Shown here: in pieces, positions 17,685 through 26,119 of the stretch
Numbering within the stretch: the first letter of the stretch is position 1
How the letters are laid out: each line of letters opens with the position of its first letter
Sequence record: MH595538.1
DNA length: 64,000 nucleotides
Reading direction: 5' to 3' (one strand)
Made by a program: the position numbers and the translations under genes
Notes under the pieces: model-generated
What the model was told of the DNA's origin: nothing
The model's database searches: none
Seen by the model: only the letters and a program-made list of their open reading frames with translations

Positions 17685-19919
17685 TTAAGTAAGTACAGTA
17701 ACGCCTAGAGCCGCTGTATCGATGTCTGCGTTATCGGAACGTGAAAGCGCAGTATGTCCCTTAGCATAGTTACTATGGCACATATGACTCAATATACGAG
17801 CTCCTGAAGGCACATAAATAGGTCGCCCTGACGTAGTACCGGTATGATCCCATATGTCATTGCCTTTAACCTTCAAGGTACCATTCTCACCTGGTTGTCC
17901 TTCTGCAATGGACGGGTTACCACAGGTTACTGAAATGTGGTTAGAGCCATCATCGCCATTTGGATAAGCCAGTTCGTTATCCGCAACAACTACATGCATT
18001 GCAAAGCCCATATCATCACGGCCTACAACGATGCCTGCCTGGTTTAAGTTAGGTAAGATGTTGTTTCTTACTTCCACTCGCTCAATAGGCCAGCTGTCAG
18101 TAGGCAAAGTCAAACTAACGCCCTTAGTGCACTTGTTGGCGTAGTTATTCTTGATATGTAGCTCAGGAGAGCCGATAGTAGAGTCTGGATCTACTTCATG
18201 CGTCCAATCGATGAAGGTACCTTCATAATCTAAGACCTTATTATCTTCGATGAAGACCGCACTATCACCATGGATGTTACAGTTGTTACGCATCCAGTGA
18301 TCGCCGCCTTTGAAAGTATTGTTCTTGATTACACAGGTCCTAACGATGCTTGCGCGTTGCTTAACAGAGTTCTCACCAGTATATGTATGCGAGAAGAAGC
18401 GAATTGCTTCAGCAGGGTAACTGGCAGGCTGTCCTTCAGCAGCTGAGTTATGTGCTTCATAGTAATTGTCATACATGAACAGATCACCAGGAATCGGATT
18501 AGAGTCCATGTCATTGAGATCCATGCCTCGGTTCTGCAAGAACAAGAATCGTTCACGACCGCCTAAGATAATGTTACCATAGATCTTGATCACTCCATAT
18601 TTAGTAATCGTAGGATAGGTATCGGTAGTACCATCCGTGTTTGACGATAACATGAACGAGATGCCTACATCTCTGATAACATTACCAGCGATAATCATTT
18701 CTTTACCGCCTTGCACCTGGAATGCTTCGCCTTCTTCATAACCAAGGACGATGTTATTGGCAATGATTGCACCCCACGCATCCTCACCCATTCGAGAAGC
18801 TGTTTTAATAGCTGCGCCGTTAGAATCGATAAAGACATTATCTGTCCAGATTTGACGGTTAGTACCACCAGGCGTCATCGTATTCTGATAACAGTACCGG
18901 AAGTAACAGGCGGTCACGCGCACGTCAAATGAAGAAACCGCATCAGGAACTGTAGCGCTATCATAACCGCCTGAGTGAGCACGCAGTCCGGCATCCCCGA
19001 ATGACTCTAGGAAACAGCCATCAGCCACAGGACTCGTACAGGCACGGAAGTAAAGGCCCTGCTCACCCCAGTTATTATTCTTACTGGTTCCGTTAAGTCC
19101 TTTAAGACCAGTGTTCGATAACATCGGAGACACACAGCTATCAAAGCGCACTAGATATTCGCCGCTCCACAATAGGGTGTCTTTAAACAAACGACCATAG
19201 GCCATGCGGAAGTTAGACTTGTTTTCAATTAAGAAGGTAGACTTGCATGCATAGTCGCCATCGATGAATACGGTTGAGCCATCAGGCATAAACTTATTGA
19301 TGCGAATACAAGCATCCTCTACTGACTGAGGATCACCCATTTTAGCGCCAAAGTCAGATAGCTTCACTACGAGGCCATATTCTACATCCATATCCAGAGG
19401 CTTAGACGGCAAGAAGTCATTGGCTGTTAATTCAGCTATTGTTGGACGTTCGGTTTCACCTGCCCATGAGAAACTGACTACTAATGTCTCTGATTCGTCA
19501 ATGACAGTAACCGGAGCCATAACGCCAGATGCGTTAATTGTGATTCCGTTATGGATTGCAGGATCTATTGTAACATCTGTCTGCAAGAAGGTTTTGATCT
19601 CAAGTAGCGCACTGCTATCATAAAAGAGTGCCCGGAAACGAGGAATGGTCAGTACGCCTGTCGATGAGTTATATGACAGATTACCGCCTAGTCTGGAAAT
19701 ACCTTTACTGGAAATCGCCGGTACTGCTTTTGTATCCGATACGGTTTTCACCCAGTACTCAGGGTCCGTGGGAGCTGTACCTAAAGGTACATCTTTTAAT
19801 GCACGATATACGCCGTCGCCGGACACTCGTACTTCGTCAAGGAAACTGTAGACCTCGCTAATGTCATATTCTTCCCTGAACTTACCAAAAACCCTGGCCA
19901 GCTTTTTTGTTTGTGCCAT
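17685..19919 (-). CDS. Tailspike/depolymerase with right-handed parallel beta-helix and an N-terminal CBM5/12-like module
   Basis: VKLSDFGAKMGD..V.DA (pectate-lyase-3-type entry motif); repeated II.NN/I.GN beta-helix rungs; N-terminal Y...DEV..GDGVYRALKD..DPEYW. Confidence 0.8.
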   Translation of the reverse strand: MAQTKKLARVFGKFREEYDISEVYSFLDEVRVSGDGVYRALKDVPLGTAPTDPEYWVKTVSDTKAVPAISSKGISRLGGNLSYNSSTGVLTIPRFRALFYDSSALLEIKTFLQTDVTIDPAIHNGITINASGVMAPVTVIDESETLVVSFSWAGETERPTIAELTANDFLPSKPLDMDVEYGLVVKLSDFGAKMGDPQSVEDACIRINKFMPDGSTVFIDGDYACKSTFLIENKSNFRMAYGRLFKDTLLWSGEYLVRFDSCVSPMLSNTGLKGLNGTSKNNNWGEQGLYFRACTSPVADGCFLESFGDAGLRAHSGGYDSATVPDAVSSFDVRVTACYFRYCYQNTMTPGGTNRQIWTDNVFIDSNGAAIKTASRMGEDAWGAIIANNIVLGYEEGEAFQVQGGKEMIIAGNVIRDVGISFMLSSNTDGTTDTYPTITKYGVIKIYGNIILGGRERFLFLQNRGMDLNDMDSNPIPGDLFMYDNYYEAHNSAAEGQPASYPAEAIRFFSHTYTGENSVKQRASIVRTCVIKNNTFKGGDHWMRNNCNIHGDSAVFIEDNKVLDYEGTFIDWTHEVDPDSTIGSPELHIKNNYANKCTKGVSLTLPTDSWPIERVEVRNNILPNLNQAGIVVGRDDMGFAMHVVVADNELAYPNGDDGSNHISVTCGNPSIAEGQPGENGTLKVKGNDIWDHTGTTSGRPIYVPSGARILSHMCHSNYAKGHTALSRSDNADIDTAALGVTVLT

Positions 19920-19929
19920 GTTAGTGTCC

Positions 19930-20424
19930 TTATAAAACTAAAGTCAAGTAGCCGTCTTCATCGACTATATATTTATCAATGTCTTCACCAGACGTGGTTA
20001 ATTCTAAATAGCCATCATCAGATACTTCGAGAATCCATAAACCTGTTTGAGGATCATAGAAATTCTCCCAGTAAGTGGGATCGGTTAATGCGGCATTAGA
20101 TGCACCAGGGACATCGCTCTTAGCGCGATAGAATCCTGATGCAAGGAATATTTCATCGCCCTTCTGATAGTCTTGTGTTGGATCATGAGACTTATAATAG
20201 GTTGCATCAGACACTGGACCGCCAGGACTGTTGCCGCCTGTCCATAACTGCTTCCAGTATTCTGTATCCGAAAGACTGACGTTACTATTTTCAGGTACGT
20301 CTTTGATGCAGCTATAAATCCCGTTACCGTCGATAAAGACCATGTCTATTTCTGTGTATGCCGCATTGACATCATGCGTGGTCAGTACATCACCTCTGAC
20401 ACGAGCCAAAATTTTATCTATCAT
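19930..20424 (-). CDS. Non-catalytic adaptor: two CBM5/12-like modules plus C-terminal DDGYL repeats
   Basis: Repeats IYSCIKDVP...DTEYW and FYRAKSDVP...DPTYW; VSDDGYL and IVDEDGYL. Confidence 0.72.
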   Translation of the reverse strand: MIDKILARVRGDVLTTHDVNAAYTEIDMVFIDGNGIYSCIKDVPENSNVSLSDTEYWKQLWTGGNSPGGPVSDATYYKSHDPTQDYQKGDEIFLASGFYRAKSDVPGASNAALTDPTYWENFYDPQTGLWILEVSDDGYLELTTSGEDIDKYIVDEDGYLTLVL

Positions 20425-20512
20425 ATACGTCTCGATATTTTAACGGATGGAATGAATCTTACGTAAGATAACTAAATTGCTAGTATCTAAAAGATTCAAT
20501 GTATCTTAATCT

Positions 20513-20529
20513 CTATATAACCATACTGA
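20513..20529 (+). promoter_or_regulatory. Putative early-type promoter motif
   Basis: CTATATAACCATACTGA at the start of a + strand operon. Confidence 0.5.
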
Positions 20530-20550
20530 CTTTAATCAAGGAATGTAACG

Positions 20551-21099
20551 ATGAAGTATGCAATAGGAACCGAATATAATTGTCTTTTAGTGAGAGTACC
20601 AACTCTAGATAGAAAGACAAACGGAGATCTGAAGGTATTGACTGCTCGACGATCGCTTGACTTACACAGTGTAGAAAAAGCTCGCTTTGAACTGATCGCA
20701 TGGCAAACCCGGCGCGGACAGGAAGAATGGGGACGTAACCGATGGGAGCGAATTAAAGAAAAAGGATGTCTGTTATATACCTCACAATGGTTTGGCGTAA
20801 GGGTTGTCCTGGACGATCGTAAGAACGGACCTAGATGGATGACTAAGATGATGATCAAGTCAGAGGGGCAAAGATCCTATCGTGGATTTGGCATTAAAAA
20901 ATACGGTGATGAAACTGCACGTAAGCTTGCTGAGTTTCAAGCTACTCTATGGCGTTGTCATTTATGTCAAACTGATCTGATTCTCCCTGAAGGAATTGTC
21001 AATGATTTAACTGATGGCCACATTGATCTATTCCCTGAGTTAGTTAAAATGACTAACGGCGATGCTATTTACTACGGTTATCTTGGAGATAAAGAATGA
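20551..21099 (+). CDS. AP2-like DNA-binding domain protein
   Basis: FGVRVV...RW...RGFGIKKYGDETARKLA matches the AP2 pattern (GV..W.A...F...KYG.E.A..LA); the N-terminal half looks like a second degenerate copy. Confidence 0.6.
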   Translation: MKYAIGTEYNCLLVRVPTLDRKTNGDLKVLTARRSLDLHSVEKARFELIAWQTRRGQEEWGRNRWERIKEKGCLLYTSQWFGVRVVLDDRKNGPRWMTKMMIKSEGQRSYRGFGIKKYGDETARKLAEFQATLWRCHLCQTDLILPEGIVNDLTDGHIDLFPELVKMTNGDAIYYGYLGDKE

Positions 21100-21410
21100 T
21101 TAAACTAAATACTGGCTTTGTAGAACAAAAAGCATTGATCGAATTTCTTGACACTGTCCTTGAATCGACACACATCCCTGGGCCAAAGACTCCAAGAGGA
21201 CGAATTGCCGAACGAGTAAAAGCAGCCGAAGCAGGAACAGTCGCTGTCTATACAGACAACAAACGAGATCCTATCGTTGTACTGCATCGAGAAAAGGGAC
21301 TGTGTGTCCATGCTGACATGCAGCTTAATTTAACCCATGAACGCATGTTGAGAAAGATAATGATCAAACATGCCGATAAGGAACCATTAGTATGCTTACC
21401 GAAGTCTTAA
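21096..21410 (+). CDS. Hypothetical protein
   Basis: ATGA overlap, in operon. Confidence 0.7.
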   Translation: MIKLNTGFVEQKALIEFLDTVLESTHIPGPKTPRGRIAERVKAAEAGTVAVYTDNKRDPIVVLHREKGLCVHADMQLNLTHERMLRKIMIKHADKEPLVCLPKS

Positions 21411-22048
21411 TCCAGTTAGAACCTGGTATCTTAATTAAAGAACATGGCTATGGCACCACCATTGTCAGTCGTGTACTGGACTATCCTGTTAAAGACAGTA
21501 ACGGGAATGTCAAATTTAAAGCCAAGGTTGTTGATTCAGACAGAATTATTGACTATGTCGCTGGCGGGACATATGGACCTAATATAGAGGTCGTTAATCG
21601 CTTAAACTTTAAAGATGGCGATATCTTTAAATTCTATAATGAACATGACGTATTTATTCACCAAGCAAATTGTCAATGTCGAATTAAGTCTGGTGTTGCT
21701 AAGGGCGTAAGTATCCATATGCCGGAACTGGTAGAAGCTGACAACCTTACGATCAAGGGCGATCCTCGTAAGTTAGGGACTTTCTCTACAGCAACGATAA
21801 ATGATACGATTTGTATTAACTTGTATGGACAGTTCTATTACGGGACTGATGAAGTACAAACTGACTATGCGGCAATTAGTCGCGCATTAAAAGCCATAGG
21901 CATTATGTATCGCGGATTAAACATCTGCATGCCTAAAATAGGATCCGGTCTTGCAGGCGGCCATTGGCCAATTATTCAAGACCTTATTAATATTCACCTA
22001 AGACATTGCAGTGTAACAGTGTATTGTTATGAAGAGGAATCAGTATGA
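21392..22048 (+). CDS. Macrodomain ADP-ribosylhydrolase (T4 Tk.4/TARG1/DarG-like) with an extra N-terminal domain
   Basis: GDIF..FIHQANC...SGVAKG, INLYGQ, MPKIGSGLAGGHW. Confidence 0.88.
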   Translation: MLTEVLIQLEPGILIKEHGYGTTIVSRVLDYPVKDSNGNVKFKAKVVDSDRIIDYVAGGTYGPNIEVVNRLNFKDGDIFKFYNEHDVFIHQANCQCRIKSGVAKGVSIHMPELVEADNLTIKGDPRKLGTFSTATINDTICINLYGQFYYGTDEVQTDYAAISRALKAIGIMYRGLNICMPKIGSGLAGGHWPIIQDLINIHLRHCSVTVYCYEEESV

Positions 22049-22875
22049 CTTTAAGAATTGTAAGTGCGGATTTTGAAACCGACTGTTTTGACGGCCCTTA
22101 TGTATATGGCGATAAAGAATCGGGCTATCGTGTACAGACCGACATCACCGGAGGCGTGCTAACGGGAGCCCGTAATGGCCATATCTTAGAGGCGTCCTTT
22201 CGTCTATTAGACCGGGATATGAATTATCTTGATGACGTGAGTGTATTGATTCGCCATCCTAAATCCGTATGGAATGACATGAATGAAAGTGTGCGTGAAT
22301 TTCACTCTAAATGTCACGAAGGTAAAGAATACAGCTTCCAAGAACGTTACTTTAAGTTCGTTTACGGGACGGATACCTTTGTTGATCAAACAGAATATCC
22401 GGGCATTGAAATTCACGAAGATGAAAACGGCAATGAAGAGTGGGTAGCTGAATCAGTTGAGTGCTTAGAAAAAGCGATTATCCAGATGCTTAAGAATGAT
22501 AATCCGGATCTTGAACTCTATGATATGCGCTCTGAAGACCAGTTATTCCTGCTCGGTAAATCGGTTCGCTTTGACCGTAATTTCATGGATGCGCAGATGC
22601 CTATCGTATCTCGAATGCTCAATCATCAGATCCTAGATCCTTCGGTGCTCAAATTAGCAGGTCGTCTATGGGGACCAGCTTATGAAATTCAGCCGCGTCG
22701 TTCTACACACGATGCTTATGAAGATTGTTTGGCTGCGGAAAAAGACATGGAAGTTCTCATGACTTTCTATAAGTCATTACCTAAAGTCAAATATCAGAAA
22801 GATGCTTATCGTGCCGTGCGTAATCCACTTTACCGCACTTGGCTATGGATAAAGCGTCATTTAATAGGGGTGTAA
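22045..22875 (+). CDS. orn: Oligoribonuclease-like DEDDh exonuclease
   Basis: SADFET, ILEASFRLLD, GKSVRFDRNFM..QMP, HQILDPS, HDAYEDC. Confidence 0.75.
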   Translation: MTLRIVSADFETDCFDGPYVYGDKESGYRVQTDITGGVLTGARNGHILEASFRLLDRDMNYLDDVSVLIRHPKSVWNDMNESVREFHSKCHEGKEYSFQERYFKFVYGTDTFVDQTEYPGIEIHEDENGNEEWVAESVECLEKAIIQMLKNDNPDLELYDMRSEDQLFLLGKSVRFDRNFMDAQMPIVSRMLNHQILDPSVLKLAGRLWGPAYEIQPRRSTHDAYEDCLAAEKDMEVLMTFYKSLPKVKYQKDAYRAVRNPLYRTWLWIKRHLIGV

Positions 22876-22902
22876 TGCCCCTTCTTTTTTTGAGGAAAAA
22901 CC

Positions 22903-23586
22903 ATGCGTAATATGATTGTCCTTAATGGACCGCCTGGCTGTGGCAAGGATGAAGCAGCTAAGATGATCATGGAAATGTTTTCTGGCACCGATCATAATCT
23001 TGTTGCCAAGCAGCACATGAACAAGTCTTCCATCATTCGGATTGCTTGTAGTATTATCGGAATCACTGTTGAAGAATTCATGGATGGTTATTTTGATCTA
23101 ACTGAAGATCGTTCATTGAAAGAGCGTGAACATGCGATTCGAATGGAAAGCTTGACGGGTAAACGCTATCGTCGGTATAAAGAAGTGCCTTTATATCAGA
23201 TCGATAAGAACTGGTACTCTAAGCGCACATTACTGATTCATGTTTCAGAAATCGTTGTTAAACCATACTTTGGCGAAGATGCATTTGGCCATATCTTTGC
23301 AAACACGATTCCAGAATGTGACCTAGTGGTTGTGCCGGATAGCGGATTCCCTGATGAGCTTAAGCCATCCATTGAATTGCTAGGTGCGGAAAACATTGCT
23401 GTTGTCAAGATCTTCCGTGAAGGCTATGATTTTGAAGAAACTGAAGGTCAAGAAAAAGACAGTCGCCGTTACTTAGAGCGTGAAGACTTTGATTACAAGT
23501 TAATGTTCTGTGAAGTGCAAAACGTAGAGGGTGATCTGTCTGTACTGCGTGGGCAACTCGAGACAGTACTTGCCAATTTTCTTTAA
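22903..23586 (+). CDS. Deoxynucleoside monophosphate kinase (T4 gp1-like)
   Basis: IVLNGPPGCGKD P-loop, VVPDSGFPDE, VVKIFR. Confidence 0.8.
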   Translation: MRNMIVLNGPPGCGKDEAAKMIMEMFSGTDHNLVAKQHMNKSSIIRIACSIIGITVEEFMDGYFDLTEDRSLKEREHAIRMESLTGKRYRRYKEVPLYQIDKNWYSKRTLLIHVSEIVVKPYFGEDAFGHIFANTIPECDLVVVPDSGFPDELKPSIELLGAENIAVVKIFREGYDFEETEGQEKDSRRYLEREDFDYKLMFCEVQNVEGDLSVLRGQLETVLANFL

Positions 23587-23597
23587 AAGATAATATG

Positions 23598-23621
23598 CTC
23601 CTCTCCCTTGCGGGAGAGGAG
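23598..23621. terminator. Bidirectional terminator
   Basis: CTCCTCTCCC-TTGC-GGGAGAGGAG between convergent genes. Confidence 0.75.
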
Positions 23622-23640
23622 GTGTTTTTAGTTTTTATTT

Positions 23641-25512
23641 TTATCTACGCCAACGAACATTGCCGAATTCGTCTATCTTCATTGTCACAATAGTACGCTT
23701 GCCGTTATTGTAAATAAGCGTATGTGACCAAGACCATGAAGAAGGGCCTTTTGCATAATCAGGGTCTTTCTTACAGGTTATGCCTGATTGATAAACGCCT
23801 GACTTAATACCTGCCTTGTGTGAATGCCCGATACACATTTTGATACCTAGTTTCTTGAATGCAAGCAAGCCACCTCTAGCTCCATCCAATCCGGTATCGC
23901 CATGGTAGCCACATTCAACATCCACAACAGGAAATGACTCATCTTGCTTTAAGAAGATAGAACGAAGCTCTGGTCTGGACAAACGAATGTTCCACTCTAG
24001 AGGATCCACTTCTCTGTTTTCTTCGATGCCTTTATATATCTCTGCTTGCGTCTCTAAGAAGAATCTCGCGTTAATTGGATCACGATGCCAATCTTTGACT
24101 TGTTCAAGCATATAACGCATTGTAGCGCGATCATGATTAGAATTCACAACAACAGGAGTCACAAACTGATGTTGTTCAACGGCATGCAGTAAATTACCTA
24201 CATTATCAATCTCATCCCGTATAGACTCTTCCCCGTGGATAAACTGGCGATAGCGGAAATGAGGGTTATTGATATTGTGATGGTTTCTTGGTTTAAAGTC
24301 ACAGATATCGTGTCCCATTACAAAACAGGGCTTAAGATCTAACATTAAGGATTTAGCTTCAGAAGGACTAAAGCTCATTCGGCCATTGCCTAAATAGGCC
24401 ACATCGATACCTAGTGTTGCTCTTGCGATATCTGGATGGATTTGGTTCGTATGAATATCACCAGGAACCAATCCTGCAATGGTTTGGTTTTCAAATGCAC
24501 CATCAGCGGTATAGTAAGTATCATAATCAAAGAAATTACCGGTATCAGATTCTGCATTGACCTGTCTGACATGCACCATGCCTACTTCGTCAATTTCCAA
24601 TACGAGACCCCCGATGATATGATCGAACTCTGCCTTCTGCCCTGCTTTCTGTTGACGATAGTTAGGTAAACTGATTGTTCCTGTCGTATACATCATGACA
24701 GGCTCTTCGCCTTTAGGCTGTGCAATAGACTGCAGTTCTTGCTTAACATGCCCAAAGATAGCCGAGTGTCCACGACAGAAACCTTCCATGCCAGTAAGGG
24801 GATTAACTGCAGACGGAGAAATATTAAGGTTACCGCGCATGACCATTTCCTTAGAGAAACGAATCACGTCATCATTGATGTACGGCTTTATATCCCTGTC
24901 ATATTGTCCCTGTCCCTTCTGAGAGGGCTGTCCTGCCATTTTGGCATAGGTGAACGTCGTAGTGATAAAGTCGGCGTCATTGCGCTTACAGAACGTTTTA
25001 ATGGCATTTAAGAACCCTTTGTGGATATGGGTATTGTTTTGTGCTGAGGTAATGAATATTGTTCGCTTACCATTCCATGGCACTTCATGATCAGATGGCT
25101 GTCTAGGAGAACCGCCAATAGGATCCTTATCGAACTTTTCCCAAAACTCCTTATGGGTCTTTCTTGCAAATAACGAAATGATCGCAGATTTAGACACACC
25201 CAGTCTGTTTGCAATCTTTTCATGCGATAACTCTTCTACATTACGCAATCGTATTGCTTCACAGAATTGATCCCAGTCAATCTTTCGCCCGTTAACGGAT
25301 TCTTTAGTCACTAAAGTACCGTTTGCTTTCTTGTAATAGCCAACTATCTTCTCAATACAGTTCATAACCGTTACACGAGAAACGCCTAGTTCTTTACTGG
25401 CCTTTGTCGCGTTCTGACCATGACTGATGTATGCCTTAAGGACAACCCTTTGTCTTTCGGTTCGACATACGGAGAGATACTCAGGTCTACTTACATCGAT
25501 ATCCTTAATCAT
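23641..25512 (-). CDS. Calcineurin-like metallophosphoesterase/nuclease with two N-terminal HTH motifs (T5 A1-like)
   Basis: GDIH, GHDICD, NSNHD, YHGD, IGHSH metal-binding motifs; HTH motifs ASKELGVSRVTV and IANRLGVSKSAI; FITSAQNNT. Confidence 0.72.
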   Translation of the reverse strand: MIKDIDVSRPEYLSVCRTERQRVVLKAYISHGQNATKASKELGVSRVTVMNCIEKIVGYYKKANGTLVTKESVNGRKIDWDQFCEAIRLRNVEELSHEKIANRLGVSKSAIISLFARKTHKEFWEKFDKDPIGGSPRQPSDHEVPWNGKRTIFITSAQNNTHIHKGFLNAIKTFCKRNDADFITTTFTYAKMAGQPSQKGQGQYDRDIKPYINDDVIRFSKEMVMRGNLNISPSAVNPLTGMEGFCRGHSAIFGHVKQELQSIAQPKGEEPVMMYTTGTISLPNYRQQKAGQKAEFDHIIGGLVLEIDEVGMVHVRQVNAESDTGNFFDYDTYYTADGAFENQTIAGLVPGDIHTNQIHPDIARATLGIDVAYLGNGRMSFSPSEAKSLMLDLKPCFVMGHDICDFKPRNHHNINNPHFRYRQFIHGEESIRDEIDNVGNLLHAVEQHQFVTPVVVNSNHDRATMRYMLEQVKDWHRDPINARFFLETQAEIYKGIEENREVDPLEWNIRLSRPELRSIFLKQDESFPVVDVECGYHGDTGLDGARGGLLAFKKLGIKMCIGHSHKAGIKSGVYQSGITCKKDPDYAKGPSSWSWSHTLIYNNGKRTIVTMKIDEFGNVRWRR

Positions 25513-25516
25513 GTTA

Positions 25517-25960
25517 CTATCCTTGTTTTAAGGGATGGCCATCCGGTAGCCACACCTGGAGAACATCTATATCCAAACTACGCACATGCTCACATACTCG
25601 AGGATCATCATCGACCCATAACTGAATGTCTTCCTTGTTTTCAGCTATCCATTGTTTCTTGTATGCACTAGGACTTAGATCACAATCTAGAGGACGCTCA
25701 TAGATTGCATCAGGCTCCGGTATTCCGTTAATCTCTAACCACTTAGCCGTACCCATTGAAGAACTGGTTAAGATAATAACTCTTTGTCCAGAATTCAAAA
25801 GGGCTTTATAGATAGTGATCATTCTAGGAATAGCAGGTGAGCGTTCGGAAACGTACTTGGTCCACGGTATCCAATTTTCAGCGCGCGTCATGTCCTCTGG
25901 AACCATATGGCCAGAATCCGTATTGTCACGCAAGGTTTGGTCTAGATCAAACACATACAT
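25517..25960 (-). CDS. HAD-family phosphatase (PseT/Pnkp 3'-phosphatase-like)
   Basis: VFDLDQTL (DxDxT), ILTS, K, WVDDDP. Confidence 0.85.
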   Translation of the reverse strand: MYVFDLDQTLRDNTDSGHMVPEDMTRAENWIPWTKYVSERSPAIPRMITIYKALLNSGQRVIILTSSSMGTAKWLEINGIPEPDAIYERPLDCDLSPSAYKKQWIAENKEDIQLWVDDDPRVCEHVRSLDIDVLQVWLPDGHPLKQG

Positions 25961-26057
25961 TTTAAGACTCCCTATTATGTCTTTAATAAAAATGCTTCCA
26001 GCCTATTAATCCTGAGTATGTTCACTCTAATTCATGGCTTTCAAATTATCTATAGAT

Positions 26058-26075
26058 CTATATCACCATAATGAA
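26058..26075 (+). promoter_or_regulatory. Putative early-type promoter motif
   Basis: CTATATCACCATAATGAA upstream of the AAA+ genes. Confidence 0.5.
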
Positions 26076-26119
26076 TTCGTGCCTTTAAGGCAAACATTGA
26101 ACATAAAGGAAACATTAAT

